A stretch of 64,000 nucleotides of DNA, taken from an uncultured Mycoplasmatota bacterium. GTDB lineage: Bacteria; Bacillota_I; Bacilli_A; RF39; UBA660. The position numbers and the translations under genes were made by a program. Below are positions 37,801-45,576 of the stretch, piece after piece; position 1 is the first letter of the stretch, and each line of letters opens with the position of its first letter. The notes under the pieces were generated by a model. That model was given only the letters and a program-made list of their open reading frames with translations. It made no database searches and had not been told where the DNA came from. Where the stretch lies: positions 22,496 to 86,495 of the forward strand of contig CAMMMH010000002.1 of NCBI GenBank assembly GCA_946497955.1, written 5' to 3'.

Positions 37801-39451
37801 TTCTATTAATAGTTAAAGATATTTTAGTATCTAAGTTTGTAATAGTATATATAGGATTTCCATAAGACACACTAAATGCTGGTATTAAATAATATGAAGT
37901 TCCATTATTTATATATTTAATAGTTATATATCCTTGTGTATACTCTGTAATACCTGTTAATTTTCCAAAAGTTCCTTCATTAACTCCTTCAACTTGAGTA
38001 CCAACAATGTAAAAATCTTTAGCTTTTCTTGTTTCTTCTATAATTGATGTATGTGTAGACTCTTCTTCTCTAGTCCAAATATTTATTGAAACTCTTATAT
38101 TAGTATTATCATCTATATTTAAATATTTAGCTAAAGATAAATTATATATTTTTAATAAAGAATTGTTATCAAATACAGCAGGAGTTAAATTATCTGTTTT
38201 AATAGATTGTAAATATGTATATTCATCTAAAGTAGTAGTAGGCTCAATTTTAATATTTGTTTTTAAATCTAGATTATCTACAAATTTTTGTAATTTATTA
38301 TCTGTATTTTTTTCTTTATAATTAGAAATATATAATCTATTTTTATAATTAATTATATTTTTAACATTATAATAATTATAATAATTATTAGTTAACTCAT
38401 TAACTGTATATTCAATATAATTATTTATATCTATATTATTAACTAAACAATCAATACTAATATCATTACTTCTATATGATTTAGTATATGATTTTGATGC
38501 AATAATAATTCCTATTTGATAAAATTTATAATTAGTATCTAAATTAGATAAATTAATAGAAATTAATTCATTTGATATATCTGTTTCATCACTAAAATGA
38601 TCAGAACAACCAACTCCAAATCCGTCTGTGGGATTATTCGGAATTAAATTTATTAAAAATCGGGAATTACTTGTAGTACTATTATTATTAATACTTAAAT
38701 TTAAACTTCTACCAAAACAATATCTAACAATTTGTTTTTCAACTAAAGTATCACTATAAATTGGATATCCAAATGAATACCATTGAGTATAATCATTTTT
38801 ATTTATTTTATATCTTATAAATAAATAATACCAACCTTTATATGTATTTCCTTTAACATAATTTATATTATTAATACTAGGTATTTTTACTTCAGGAACT
38901 ATACTTAATAAACTATCAGATAAATTTTTATCATTATTATCTTCGTTATCATTATTTTCTTTAAATGTTCCTAAATTAATTGTCTTTAAAGGAATTAATT
39001 CATCATTAGTAGTATTATATTCAGAAATAGCAATAATCAAATTATTTTCGACATTATATGTAAAAGTACCTTTTAATTCTCCACCATGATAATTTAATCT
39101 ATTATTAACAAAATTTCCTTCAGAATTTTTTCCTCCATATGCACAATAAATAGATTCTTCATGATTTAAATCTTTTTCTCTATATCTAATTATATCTAAT
39201 TTAGTTGTATCATTTGTAGATTGAGTTAATAATACTAATTCTGTATTACAAGGTATAATTCCTTTTATTTTATATAATCCATTATATAATTCTTTTAAAA
39301 AATCATTAATTGTAGAATTTATATGAATAGATTCTTCATTAGTAATACAGCTTTCATCATTACTAATTTTAACATTAAGAGCATCTACTAATGATAAATT
39401 AGTATTATCTTTAGGGTGTTTATTTAAACTAAGTTTTGGAATTATATTCAT
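34862..39451 (-). CDS. large tail-associated structural protein (1529 aa)
   Basis: 4.6-kb ORF downstream of the head/tail genes, N/Y/I-rich and probably beta-rich. The call rests on position only. Confidence 0.7.
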   Translation of the reverse strand: MNIIPKLSLNKHPKDNTNLSLVDALNVKISNDESCITNEESIHINSTINDFLKELYNGLYKIKGIIPCNTELVLLTQSTNDTTKLDIIRYREKDLNHEESIYCAYGGKNSEGNFVNNRLNYHGGELKGTFTYNVENNLIIAISEYNTTNDELIPLKTINLGTFKENNDNEDNNDKNLSDSLLSIVPEVKIPSINNINYVKGNTYKGWYYLFIRYKINKNDYTQWYSFGYPIYSDTLVEKQIVRYCFGRSLNLSINNNSTTSNSRFLINLIPNNPTDGFGVGCSDHFSDETDISNELISINLSNLDTNYKFYQIGIIIASKSYTKSYRSNDISIDCLVNNIDINNYIEYTVNELTNNYYNYYNVKNIINYKNRLYISNYKEKNTDNKLQKFVDNLDLKTNIKIEPTTTLDEYTYLQSIKTDNLTPAVFDNNSLLKIYNLSLAKYLNIDDNTNIRVSINIWTREEESTHTSIIEETRKAKDFYIVGTQVEGVNEGTFGKLTGITEYTQGYITIKYINNGTSYYLIPAFSVSYGNPIYTITNLDTKISLTINRNYSAVLFGSLHINTNKNFKERITKSTLIPGEVYNFFIHFIDKYGEATKGYKLTNKKKIVAKESIYSTDIIEEDIIPIPITFQYRAGDPYTEGYIYANINESISETIQKINNDQITTIYEEYDATIRTLYSPRTDIEFINLLEDYKEYIDSDFKWFEIVSIKTVLEEYPYSQLDYDVFINNNGDRLFKVPYSNVPRLYYPNFENIIIPDGYVGYFISYEKPEYIKKVTGILSKCDFKTIDYGMGYVNRELNQPDTGITPIIINSKNTEVSNKTLFFSSYFDIEDSIELNYNLLRIENDNFDNQDVPNYTYRNNIYFQDYCQRNSMFEYMYDLNKVELFKSNNSLLYTPRIKVLKNYNLCIANSIKDNRADKGTCLSIEGINDLFNFYKTSTSINNKIKIYKVSLLNSNRNIYTTNNKKLIRISENIYDYTINNNIKYSNVNIKHGLDGHYTYRGTIVYNGDGFIFNETNNVASYSLNSYPFYPTNDLLNPSYTYRTYNIDNPMLSYIQTLEISNIINESKSFKNSPKNISFVVNSQDQNAIRFYTGCIVTPANSIDLFENKQGSSDDFNPKTYTNYREDILDINNYNKTIRRSNIIQDESRINSWREFPLEGYKNITENKGIITNLIGIGTMLLVHTEHSLFMFDTSNELQTVDQSIQLSQPDAFEVDYKEIFTSDLGFGGLQDNNAAIVDQFGYIFYDNSNNHFYQFDNKQLAIIDNDIIEWLLKYKPYNVRFANDKVNNRLLITMTYNVNDIEYNTTLSYNYNIKSFISFHSYTFDKAYNTKSKLYFIKNIYNTLNQKENSNIYSFTNNSNDYCDFTSLLSSIFINNNRSDSKISIIINNDFDIIKYLEYISYKLSKISKTAKNADTYSPVEEYKVPFSGNKLIVYNNEVNTGELNIEVNDENNKNIFGSYDKPYWDLGNWNFSYLRNKLSSYPTVSAIELSRLYGNYFIVEFIFNNGTVEIENEKIEFESLTYKLSK
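35181..35194 (-). repeat. GC-rich motif copy (- strand TCCCCTGTAGAGGA)
   Basis: Inside the 1529-aa ORF, encoding YSPVEE. Confidence 0.8.
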
Positions 39452-39469
39452 AATTTTATTATTATATAT

Positions 39470-39489
39470 TATAAAATTATTAATTATTA
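39470..39489 (-). promoter_or_regulatory. conserved 20-nt upstream block TATAAAATTATTAATTATTA (copy 2)
   Basis: Identical to 34120-34139. It ends 18 nt upstream of the ATG at 39451. Confidence 0.5.
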
Positions 39490-39493
39490 ATAT

Positions 39494-39507
39494 AGCTATT
39501 ATCAGCT
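39494..39507. promoter_or_regulatory. variant palindrome AGCTATTATCAGCT
   Basis: Intergenic, 42 nt upstream of the ATG at 39451 and 77 nt from the site at 39571. Confidence 0.5.
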
Positions 39508-39570
39508 TAAATTTACTTTGTTCTTATATGTAATATTATTAATCATAAAGTTATAGTAAGTTTAATATAA

Positions 39571-39584
39571 AGCTAAAAATAGCT
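39571..39584. promoter_or_regulatory. AGCTAWWWWTAGCT palindrome (AGCTAAAAATAGCT)
   Basis: Exact copy, intergenic, within the shared ~25-nt block. Confidence 0.6.
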
Positions 39585-39590
39585 ATATAA

Positions 39591-40430
39591 TTAGCCTTTT
39601 GGATTAAAAGTAAAATTAAAAAATGAATTTCGCCATGCCTCATCATTAATATCTCCTTGAGCATCTATTATAGTAGCTCTTTTAGCTTCTTCTTTAAGAT
39701 TATTCCAAATATAATAAGGATTAGTTCCATATTGAGAAGCTCCTAAATTAAATACTGGGTGTTTATATCCTCGGCATAACATTTTATATAAACAATAATA
39801 TCCAATAGCTTCTATTAATAATCCATTATTAGGGATTAATGGAAGTTCACAACTATAAGTTTTACTAATTTCAGTTTTAATTGTATCATATTCTACTGTA
39901 ATACAATCAGTATCAAAATTTAATTCAATTTTATTACAATCTATTAAAACAAAATTATGAGTACATTTATCTTGTTTATTAAGATAATTATACTCATTTA
40001 TTCTATATCTGCCAGGCCATTCTTTACTATTTAAAGTTTCTGCTAATAAATAATCTGGAGCATTAGCTGCATTATTATTTTCAATAATATCTATAGTATC
40101 AGGAGTAAATTCCTCATGTATGTTTTCTGTTAAATCCCCTGTAGAGGAACAACCACAACAAGATTTTGTATTTTCTGCATTTTCTATTTCACAACCATAT
40201 TTATCATATACTTTAATATTAGTATTAGCAATTGAACATGGAGTATATGCTATTCTCTCATTTACTTTTAAATTTATTTTTTTTCTTTCAGTACAAAAAA
40301 TATTTAATTGGTGCATAGCATCTATACACCAAGCTCCAACTCTAGGAATCCAATCGCTATTGTCAGGATTAAAATCATTATCTATTTTAGCAATTATTCT
40401 TTCTATATTTGTATATTTTTCTTTAATCAT
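39591..40430 (-). CDS. hypothetical structural protein (279 aa)
   Basis: ORF overlaps the upstream gene by 8 nt. Confidence 0.65.
   Translation of the reverse strand: MIKEKYTNIERIIAKIDNDFNPDNSDWIPRVGAWCIDAMHQLNIFCTERKKINLKVNERIAYTPCSIANTNIKVYDKYGCEIENAENTKSCCGCSSTGDLTENIHEEFTPDTIDIIENNNAANAPDYLLAETLNSKEWPGRYRINEYNYLNKQDKCTHNFVLIDCNKIELNFDTDCITVEYDTIKTEISKTYSCELPLIPNNGLLIEAIGYYCLYKMLCRGYKHPVFNLGASQYGTNPYYIWNNLKEEAKRATIIDAQGDINDEAWRNSFFNFTFNPKG
40135..40149 (+). repeat. GC-rich motif copy TCCCCTGTAGAGGAA (preceded by GTTAAA)
   Basis: Inside the 279-aa ORF in antisense, encoding SSTGDL. Confidence 0.8.
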
Positions 40431-41334
40431 ATCTAATAAAGTTTAAATATTTATTTGGATATTTATATAATAATATGTTTAATTTATATTTAATATCTAC
40501 TTGTAAATTATATATATCTTCTAATTTATTACATATTTTATCTGCAATTTCTGTATATTTCATTCCTCTATATTTAGCAGTAACATATTCTGTATGTTGA
40601 TATTGTAAACTAGTTTTCTTAGATATATCTGAATTTCTAAATAATATATCATAATAATAATTTGTATCTTTAAAAACTCTATAATCAACAGCATTATATG
40701 GAATATTTCTAACTTTATACCAAGCTGCTTCTTGAGGATTAAATATTTTAACTCCTTTTTCTATTAATTCTTTTTTTCTGGCATTAGTTGCAGCATAATC
40801 AATAATTCGTTTTGGTTTATATTTATATGTTAATAATTTTTTATATTCAATACAATATATTCCAATACCATATCCAAATTTATATCCTTTTCCTTCTAAT
40901 ATATATTTATGTACTTGATTATAATAATTAATTATATATTTTCTATAAACACTAAATTTGATATTAATTTTTTTATTATTTAATTCTATTAGTTCTTTAT
41001 ATTTATATTCTTTTCTTAAAGTATTACAATATTTAATTAATTGAATTAATATTATTTTATTTTTATCTTCTATTATAGTTTGTAATAATTTAATACATTT
41101 ATTATATAGATGTTCACTATCATTATAAATTTTATTTACCCATTCTTTATTAAAAGAATTTAAATTTATATTATAAATTTTATATATATCTTCTTTAATA
41201 TTATTTAAATATTCATATAATTCATTTTTTGTATTAGTAATAATAAGTAATTCTTTATTATATCTATTATAATTAAATTTAGCATTATATATAAATTGTA
41301 AATAATAATTTTTAATATTTATATCTGGAATCAT
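40423..41334 (-). CDS. hypothetical basic protein (303 aa)
   Basis: Lys/Tyr/Asn-rich ORF, compactly packed. Confidence 0.6.
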   Translation of the reverse strand: MIPDINIKNYYLQFIYNAKFNYNRYNKELLIITNTKNELYEYLNNIKEDIYKIYNINLNSFNKEWVNKIYNDSEHLYNKCIKLLQTIIEDKNKIILIQLIKYCNTLRKEYKYKELIELNNKKINIKFSVYRKYIINYYNQVHKYILEGKGYKFGYGIGIYCIEYKKLLTYKYKPKRIIDYAATNARKKELIEKGVKIFNPQEAAWYKVRNIPYNAVDYRVFKDTNYYYDILFRNSDISKKTSLQYQHTEYVTAKYRGMKYTEIADKICNKLEDIYNLQVDIKYKLNILLYKYPNKYLNFIRYD

Positions 41335-41346
41335 ATAATATCTATA

Positions 41347-42027
41347 TTAAGATAAATTTATAGATTGAATTTCATTATTATCTCTTATAACATTAGTATT
41401 CCATGTTTCTAAAACAAGTTTTTTTACATTATTAATCATATCTTCGGGTAATAAAAATTCATCATCATCATCAATATCATCTATATTAGTTTTTTCATTA
41501 GTAGTTTCTATTTCAATTATATGAGGATATTCAAATACTGATTCTATAATAATAGAATTTAAATCGTTTAATATTTCATTATTTATAGTATTAATATAAA
41601 TATATTCATTTATATAATCATAAGTAACTATAGGACACATTCCAGGAAGTTTACAATAAAATTTAGAAGATGCTTCTTTAACAAAAGGTATTTCTATAGG
41701 ATTATTTACTCCTGCTGTTCTTACAGAATGAAAAGGAAGATTATTAGTTAATCTAACAGGTCGTGGAACTTTATTTGTTGTTCTTTTAATTCTAGGTAAA
41801 TCTAAATCTTCAGTTCCATATAAATCTCCATCAGGAACATCAGTAAGAGTAAGTTTAAATCTTTGTTGTAAAACTTTATCTGTATAATTATTATTTTGAT
41901 AAGTTCTACGAATTAATTCATTACGAGCATGAATAATACCAAGTTTAATAGCTCTACGTACAGGAATACTATTTGCTTGTTTTATAGAATGAGCAATTTC
42001 TGAAATAATTTGATTAATACTAGACAT
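41347..42027 (-). CDS. hypothetical structural protein (226 aa)
   Basis: I prefer the ATG at 42027 (MSSINQII...). The longer track ORF would run through a terminator hairpin and a TATATTTG promoter box. Confidence 0.6.
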   Translation of the reverse strand: MSSINQIISEIAHSIKQANSIPVRRAIKLGIIHARNELIRRTYQNNNYTDKVLQQRFKLTLTDVPDGDLYGTEDLDLPRIKRTTNKVPRPVRLTNNLPFHSVRTAGVNNPIEIPFVKEASSKFYCKLPGMCPIVTYDYINEYIYINTINNEILNDLNSIIIESVFEYPHIIEIETTNEKTNIDDIDDDDEFLLPEDMINNVKKLVLETWNTNVIRDNNEIQSINLS

Positions 42028-42062
42028 ATCATTATATTGTTTATTTTTATGACTCTTATTGG

Positions 42063-42070
42063 CAAATATA
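42063..42070 (-). promoter_or_regulatory. Bacteroidota-type -7 promoter box (TAnnTTTG)
   Basis: The - strand reads TATATTTG, 35 nt upstream of the ATG at 42027 and just downstream of a terminator. Confidence 0.45.
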
Positions 42071-42123
42071 ATATTTTCATTTTTATATGCAATAAATATT
42101 ACGAAAAAAAATTTATAATAGTA

Positions 42124-42170
42124 TAAACACAAAAAGCGACAACATGATTATTATATCATATTGTCGCTTT
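42124..42170 (-). terminator. intrinsic terminator after ORF 42189-42698
   Basis: AAAGCGACAA (42133-42142) pairs with TTGTCGCTTT (42161-42170), plus inner TGAT/ATCA. The - strand continues UUGUGUUUAU. Confidence 0.6.
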
Positions 42171-42188
42171 AATATTAATATAGATACC

Positions 42189-42698
42189 TCAACCTATATT
42201 TTTAAAATAATTCCAAACTTTACCTACGCCTGCATCTTCATCTTTAAACCAAAAATTAATACAAGATGTAATAATTTTATCATCTAATTCTTCTTTAGTA
42301 ATATCAGCAAACCAATCTTTATATAATTTAATATAATCATGATATTGTACATTAAGAGCAACATAAACGTCCCAAACAGTATTTTCAGAATTTATATTGC
42401 GTACATATTTATCATATATTGTTTTAGCATCTGAAATATTATAAAACTCTTTTTTACAAACATTTCCATTTTTATCAGTATGATACATATTAGCAACTTG
42501 ATATTTAGCATATTCTTCATCAAAGTGAGGACCTTTAATATGCTCATGGAATTTTCTCATAGACTCCCAAAATAATTTAGGATTATTTTTTTCTACATTA
42601 TCAAATATATGATGAAAACATTCAAAAGAATGAAGAAGTTCTGTACTATTTATTCCAGAAACATTATATTTTTCTATAATAGATTTATAATTTCCCAT
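42189..42698 (-). CDS. hypothetical protein (169 aa)
   Basis: ORF is followed by a hairpin plus U-tract terminator. Confidence 0.65.
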   Translation of the reverse strand: MGNYKSIIEKYNVSGINSTELLHSFECFHHIFDNVEKNNPKLFWESMRKFHEHIKGPHFDEEYAKYQVANMYHTDKNGNVCKKEFYNISDAKTIYDKYVRNINSENTVWDVYVALNVQYHDYIKLYKDWFADITKEELDDKIITSCINFWFKDEDAGVGKVWNYFKNIG

Positions 42699-42701
42699 AA
42701 C

Positions 42702-43070
42702 TTATTTCATTAAATTTTCTTTTAATAATTCTATATCATTTGTATCAAAAACTAAATCTTTAGAAAATGAAGGAATAGATATTTTAATAGTTCCATTTCC
42801 AATTTCAATTCCATCTAGAATATTATATTTTTTAGCTTGAGCTATAATTAAATTATCCATACTTTCAGACAATATTCCTTCAATATCTATTTTGCCATCT
42901 TTATCTTCAATAGGTTTTAATAAATTATCTAATTTTCCAATATAGTTATTAATCAATCTAGCCATATATGGTTTAATAATAAATGAAAAAGGACTATTAC
43001 TAGCAAATTCTAATATTTTATTATTAGCTAGTTCAACTACTTTATCTATAATTACTTTTCTTTCAATCAT
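42702..43070 (-). CDS. hypothetical protein (122 aa)
   Basis: 3-nt gap to the next gene. Confidence 0.6.
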   Translation of the reverse strand: MIERKVIIDKVVELANNKILEFASNSPFSFIIKPYMARLINNYIGKLDNLLKPIEDKDGKIDIEGILSESMDNLIIAQAKKYNILDGIEIGNGTIKISIPSFSKDLVFDTNDIELLKENLMK

Positions 43071-43076
43071 AATATA

Positions 43077-43583
43077 TTATTTTTTAATTGATTTAATAAA
43101 TTCTACGTATGTTAAATTAGGATTTACTTGAGCAGCTATTTGAAATTGTTTAAATAATTCTATTTCTTTATTAGCTTCTTCAATTATTTTATTCTTTTTA
43201 TCTTGTATATTCTTTAAATGTTTTTCAAGCAATTCTTTCCCTTTAGGGGAAGATGCTACTTTATTTTTAACAGAATTAATAAGTTCTTGTTGTATCATTA
43301 ATTGTAATTCTTGTTCAATAGAATTATATGTTTCATCTTTAGCAAGAATAGTTTTTTGTTCATTAGTCATACAAGATATTTCTTTATCAATAGTGTCCCA
43401 TATATTAATTCCACTATTATCTTGTTTTTGTTCTATTTGTTTATTTTGAGATAATTGTTGTTTAATAGTATTTAATTTTTGCATTTCTTGTTCGATAGCA
43501 GAAATATATGTATCTGGACTACTTTGAGCTATAGATAATAAAGGGTCTATTTGTCCTAGATTAACTTGATATTGAGGTATCAT
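43077..43583 (-). CDS. hypothetical coiled-coil protein (168 aa)
   Basis: Q/E/K-rich heptad-like sequence; first gene after a terminator. Confidence 0.6.
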   Translation of the reverse strand: MIPQYQVNLGQIDPLLSIAQSSPDTYISAIEQEMQKLNTIKQQLSQNKQIEQKQDNSGINIWDTIDKEISCMTNEQKTILAKDETYNSIEQELQLMIQQELINSVKNKVASSPKGKELLEKHLKNIQDKKNKIIEEANKEIELFKQFQIAAQVNPNLTYVEFIKSIKK

Positions 43584-43603
43584 ATTTTTAATGTTTTAAT
43601 TAA

Positions 43604-43643
43604 TTAATAAAATGTTAGGATAAGAAATTAATCTTATCCTAAC
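43604..43643 (-). terminator. intrinsic terminator after the higher-GC gene 43656-44345
   Basis: Perfect 12-bp stem: GTTAGGATAAGA (43614-43625) with TCTTATCCTAAC (43632-43643), 6-nt loop. The - strand continues AUUUUAUUAAUU. Confidence 0.65.
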
Positions 43644-43655
43644 AAAATCATATTA

Positions 43656-44345
43656 TTAAGCAGCAGGAGTAGTGGTAGCAGATTGAGCATTGCAAGGATT
43701 ATAACTAGGATAACCAGTTACAGTAGGAGTGCTAGGCAATACTAGTTCACCAGTAATCATTCGGCAAGTTCTACGCCACAAATTGAAATCAGCATGCTCA
43801 GCAGCACGACGAATGTCACATTGAATCAAAGCATCTTGATAAGGACGAGTAGCTTTCAAAATAGCAATTTCAGTACGAAGAGCACCAATTTCATTAGAAA
43901 GTTCGTCCTTACTATCACGAGAATATTTATAAAGATCAAAAGAATCTTTATTATGAGCAGCTACAATACCATCAAAACCATTATGCATAGCAGAATATAA
44001 TCCAAACAATTCACCATTAAGAACATTACGGTCCTCTTGACGAGCAGCTTGAGCGTTATAAGCCTGTTGCCACATAGCACTAGTAAGAGCTACAACATCT
44101 TGACATTCTTTTCTTTCAAGATATTGTTCATTTTGAGCAGTAGTAATTTCTCCAGCAATTACAGTGTTATTGCTTCGACCAAATAGGCCAAGACCAGAAA
44201 GACCACCATTAAGCATGGAAAGAACAACACCACCAATACCAAATCCGAGAGCAGTCCCGGCAAGAGTTTTAGAAGCATAGTCATGTTTTTTAGTTTCTTC
44301 AACCTCAACATAACTTTTACCATTTTCTTTATCAACGAGCATCAT
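43656..44345 (-). CDS. Ala/Gly-rich membrane protein (229 aa) in a stand-alone, higher-GC transcription unit
   Basis: Glycine-zipper TM LAGTALGFGIGGVVLSMLNGGLSGLGLFG. G+C is about 40% in the stretches I counted, against a very AT-rich background. Hairpin terminators lie on both sides. Confidence 0.75.
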   Translation of the reverse strand: MMLVDKENGKSYVEVEETKKHDYASKTLAGTALGFGIGGVVLSMLNGGLSGLGLFGRSNNTVIAGEITTAQNEQYLERKECQDVVALTSAMWQQAYNAQAARQEDRNVLNGELFGLYSAMHNGFDGIVAAHNKDSFDLYKYSRDSKDELSNEIGALRTEIAILKATRPYQDALIQCDIRRAAEHADFNLWRRTCRMITGELVLPSTPTVTGYPSYNPCNAQSATTTPAA

Positions 44346-44378
44346 AATTTAAACAATTTAAAAGTTAATATTTAGTTT

Positions 44379-44392
44379 TATAACCGGTTATA
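44379..44392. promoter_or_regulatory. perfect 14-nt palindrome TATAACCGGTTATA (operator candidate)
   Basis: Self-complementary sequence 3 nt downstream of the putative -7 box and 33 nt upstream of the ATG at 44345. Confidence 0.4.
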
Positions 44393-44395
44393 GTA

Positions 44396-44403
44396 CAAAT
44401 ATC
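44396..44403 (-). promoter_or_regulatory. near-consensus -7 box (GATATTTG) of the stand-alone higher-GC gene
   Basis: 7/8 match to TAnnTTTG, between the upstream terminator and the ATG at 44345. Confidence 0.35.
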
Positions 44404-44411
44404 AGCATAGT

Positions 44412-44457
44412 TGATAAAAGAAAAGCCACACTTACAATTTTACTTGTAAATGTGGCT
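44412..44457 (-). terminator. intrinsic terminator after ORF 44498-44827, upstream of the higher-GC gene
   Basis: AGCCACACTTACAA (44424-44437) pairs with CTTGTAAATGTGGCT (44443-44457) with one mismatch. The - strand continues UUUCUUUUAUC. Confidence 0.65.
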
Positions 44458-44497
44458 ATATCAGATATTTAGATTATAATATAATTATAATATAATT

Positions 44498-44827
44498 TTA
44501 TTTATGTTTATCTTTATATTCTTTAATACGATACATAACAGCTTCATCGAAATCTTTTTCTCTCCAAGATAATTCTTTAAATCCAACTTCTTTTCTTTCT
44601 GGAGGTATAAGACCTAATGCTAAATAATTATCAAAAGTACTTAAACTACAATGTAAAATTTTATCACAAGCATATCTTTTACTTATTCTATGTACACCTC
44701 TATTTAAAGTACTTAAAATATTAATAATTTCATCTAATTCTTCTTCAGATTTATTAGTATTTCCAGCATCAATATTATTTACTGTTTCTAAAAGAATATC
44801 TCTTAATATTTTTAATTTTAAATTCAT
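44498..44827 (-). CDS. putative helix-turn-helix DNA-binding protein (109 aa)
   Basis: ACDKILHCSLSTFDNYLALGLIPP has the look of an excisionase/MerR-type HTH. This is a weak call. Confidence 0.4.
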   Translation of the reverse strand: MNLKLKILRDILLETVNNIDAGNTNKSEEELDEIINILSTLNRGVHRISKRYACDKILHCSLSTFDNYLALGLIPPERKEVGFKELSWREKDFDEAVMYRIKEYKDKHK

Positions 44828-45131
44828 GTTTTTTATTAATATGATTATATGTATTAATTATTATAAATATAGCATAAATAAAATAATATACTAAAAGTAA
44901 TTGTAAATCAGAAATATTTATTTTATATATAGAATCTATATTAGCTATTAATAAATTAATAAAATTTGCTGTTATAATTAATCTATGCCATTTACAAAAT
45001 CCAAATACATAACTACAAATATAAAGTAATATAGTAGTAATAATAGAATTTCCAAGTAAAAAATCTAAAAAAATACGATGGAATATACATATCAGTAATA
45101 TAGAATAAAGTATTATTAAATAACATTCCAA
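44775..45131 (-). CDS. multi-pass membrane protein lacking an in-frame ATG (possible frameshifted gene)
   Basis: The 118-codon hydrophobic ORF has only a TTG start. An ATG ORF (MKKLFVILIKYMPIIQM..., ATG at 45183) lies just upstream in another frame. Confidence 0.4.
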   Translation of the reverse strand: MECYLIILYSILLICIFHRIFLDFLLGNSIITTILLYICSYVFGFCKWHRLIITANFINLLIANIDSIYKINISDLQLLLVYYFIYAIFIIINTYNHINKKHEFKIKNIKRYSFRNSK

Positions 45132-45186
45132 TCATTTGTATAATTGGCATATATTTTATTAATATAACAAATAACTTTTTCATTTA

Positions 45187-45285
45187 TTATTTCTTTTTAC
45201 CTCCATTACCATATTGAGGTCTATTAATAGGGGGATTAGGTTTCTTTGGACCAGTAGTACCAGTTCCTCTATTAGGTCTTCCCAT
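45187..45285 (-). CDS. small basic Gly/Pro/Lys-rich peptide (32 aa), absent from the supplied track
   Basis: MGRPNRGTGTTGPKKPNPPINRPQYGNGGKKK. The ATG lies 15 nt after the upstream stop. The segment is clearly GC-richer than true spacers. Confidence 0.35.
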   Translation of the reverse strand: MGRPNRGTGTTGPKKPNPPINRPQYGNGGKKK

Positions 45286-45300
45286 ATTATTTTATTTTTA

Positions 45301-45558
45301 TTAAGCAGAAGCTATAATTCCTGCATTAGTTAAACTTTGAATTAATTGATTAAGAGTATTTTTTACATCGGCTAATTCTTCAGTACTTACTTCTGCTACA
45401 GTCGCCCCTTGTTTCATTAGACCAGCTGTTTCTTTTGAAGCAACATTAGTTAAATCTGAAATAAATTTAATTAATTCATCTTTTTGTTGTTTTGCAATAG
45501 GAAGCCCTTCCAAAATCCAATTAAGTTTAGCAATGTTTTTACGTTCTTGTTCGTTCAT
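45301..45558 (-). CDS. hypothetical protein (85 aa)
   Basis: ORF lies 18 nt downstream of the previous gene; helical, Ala/Leu/Lys/Glu-rich. Confidence 0.55.
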   Translation of the reverse strand: MNEQERKNIAKLNWILEGLPIAKQQKDELIKFISDLTNVASKETAGLMKQGATVAEVSTEELADVKNTLNQLIQSLTNAGIIASA

Positions 45559-45576
45559 AATTTTAATTGTTTTAAA

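Noticed and set aside
43237-43251. TTCCCTTTAGGGGAA, a GC-armed hairpin resembling the GC-rich motif
   Set aside because: It has three mismatches to the consensus and lacks the TTAAA flank. It shares only the TCCC/GGGA arms, so I did not count it as a copy. It may be worth including in a degenerate search.
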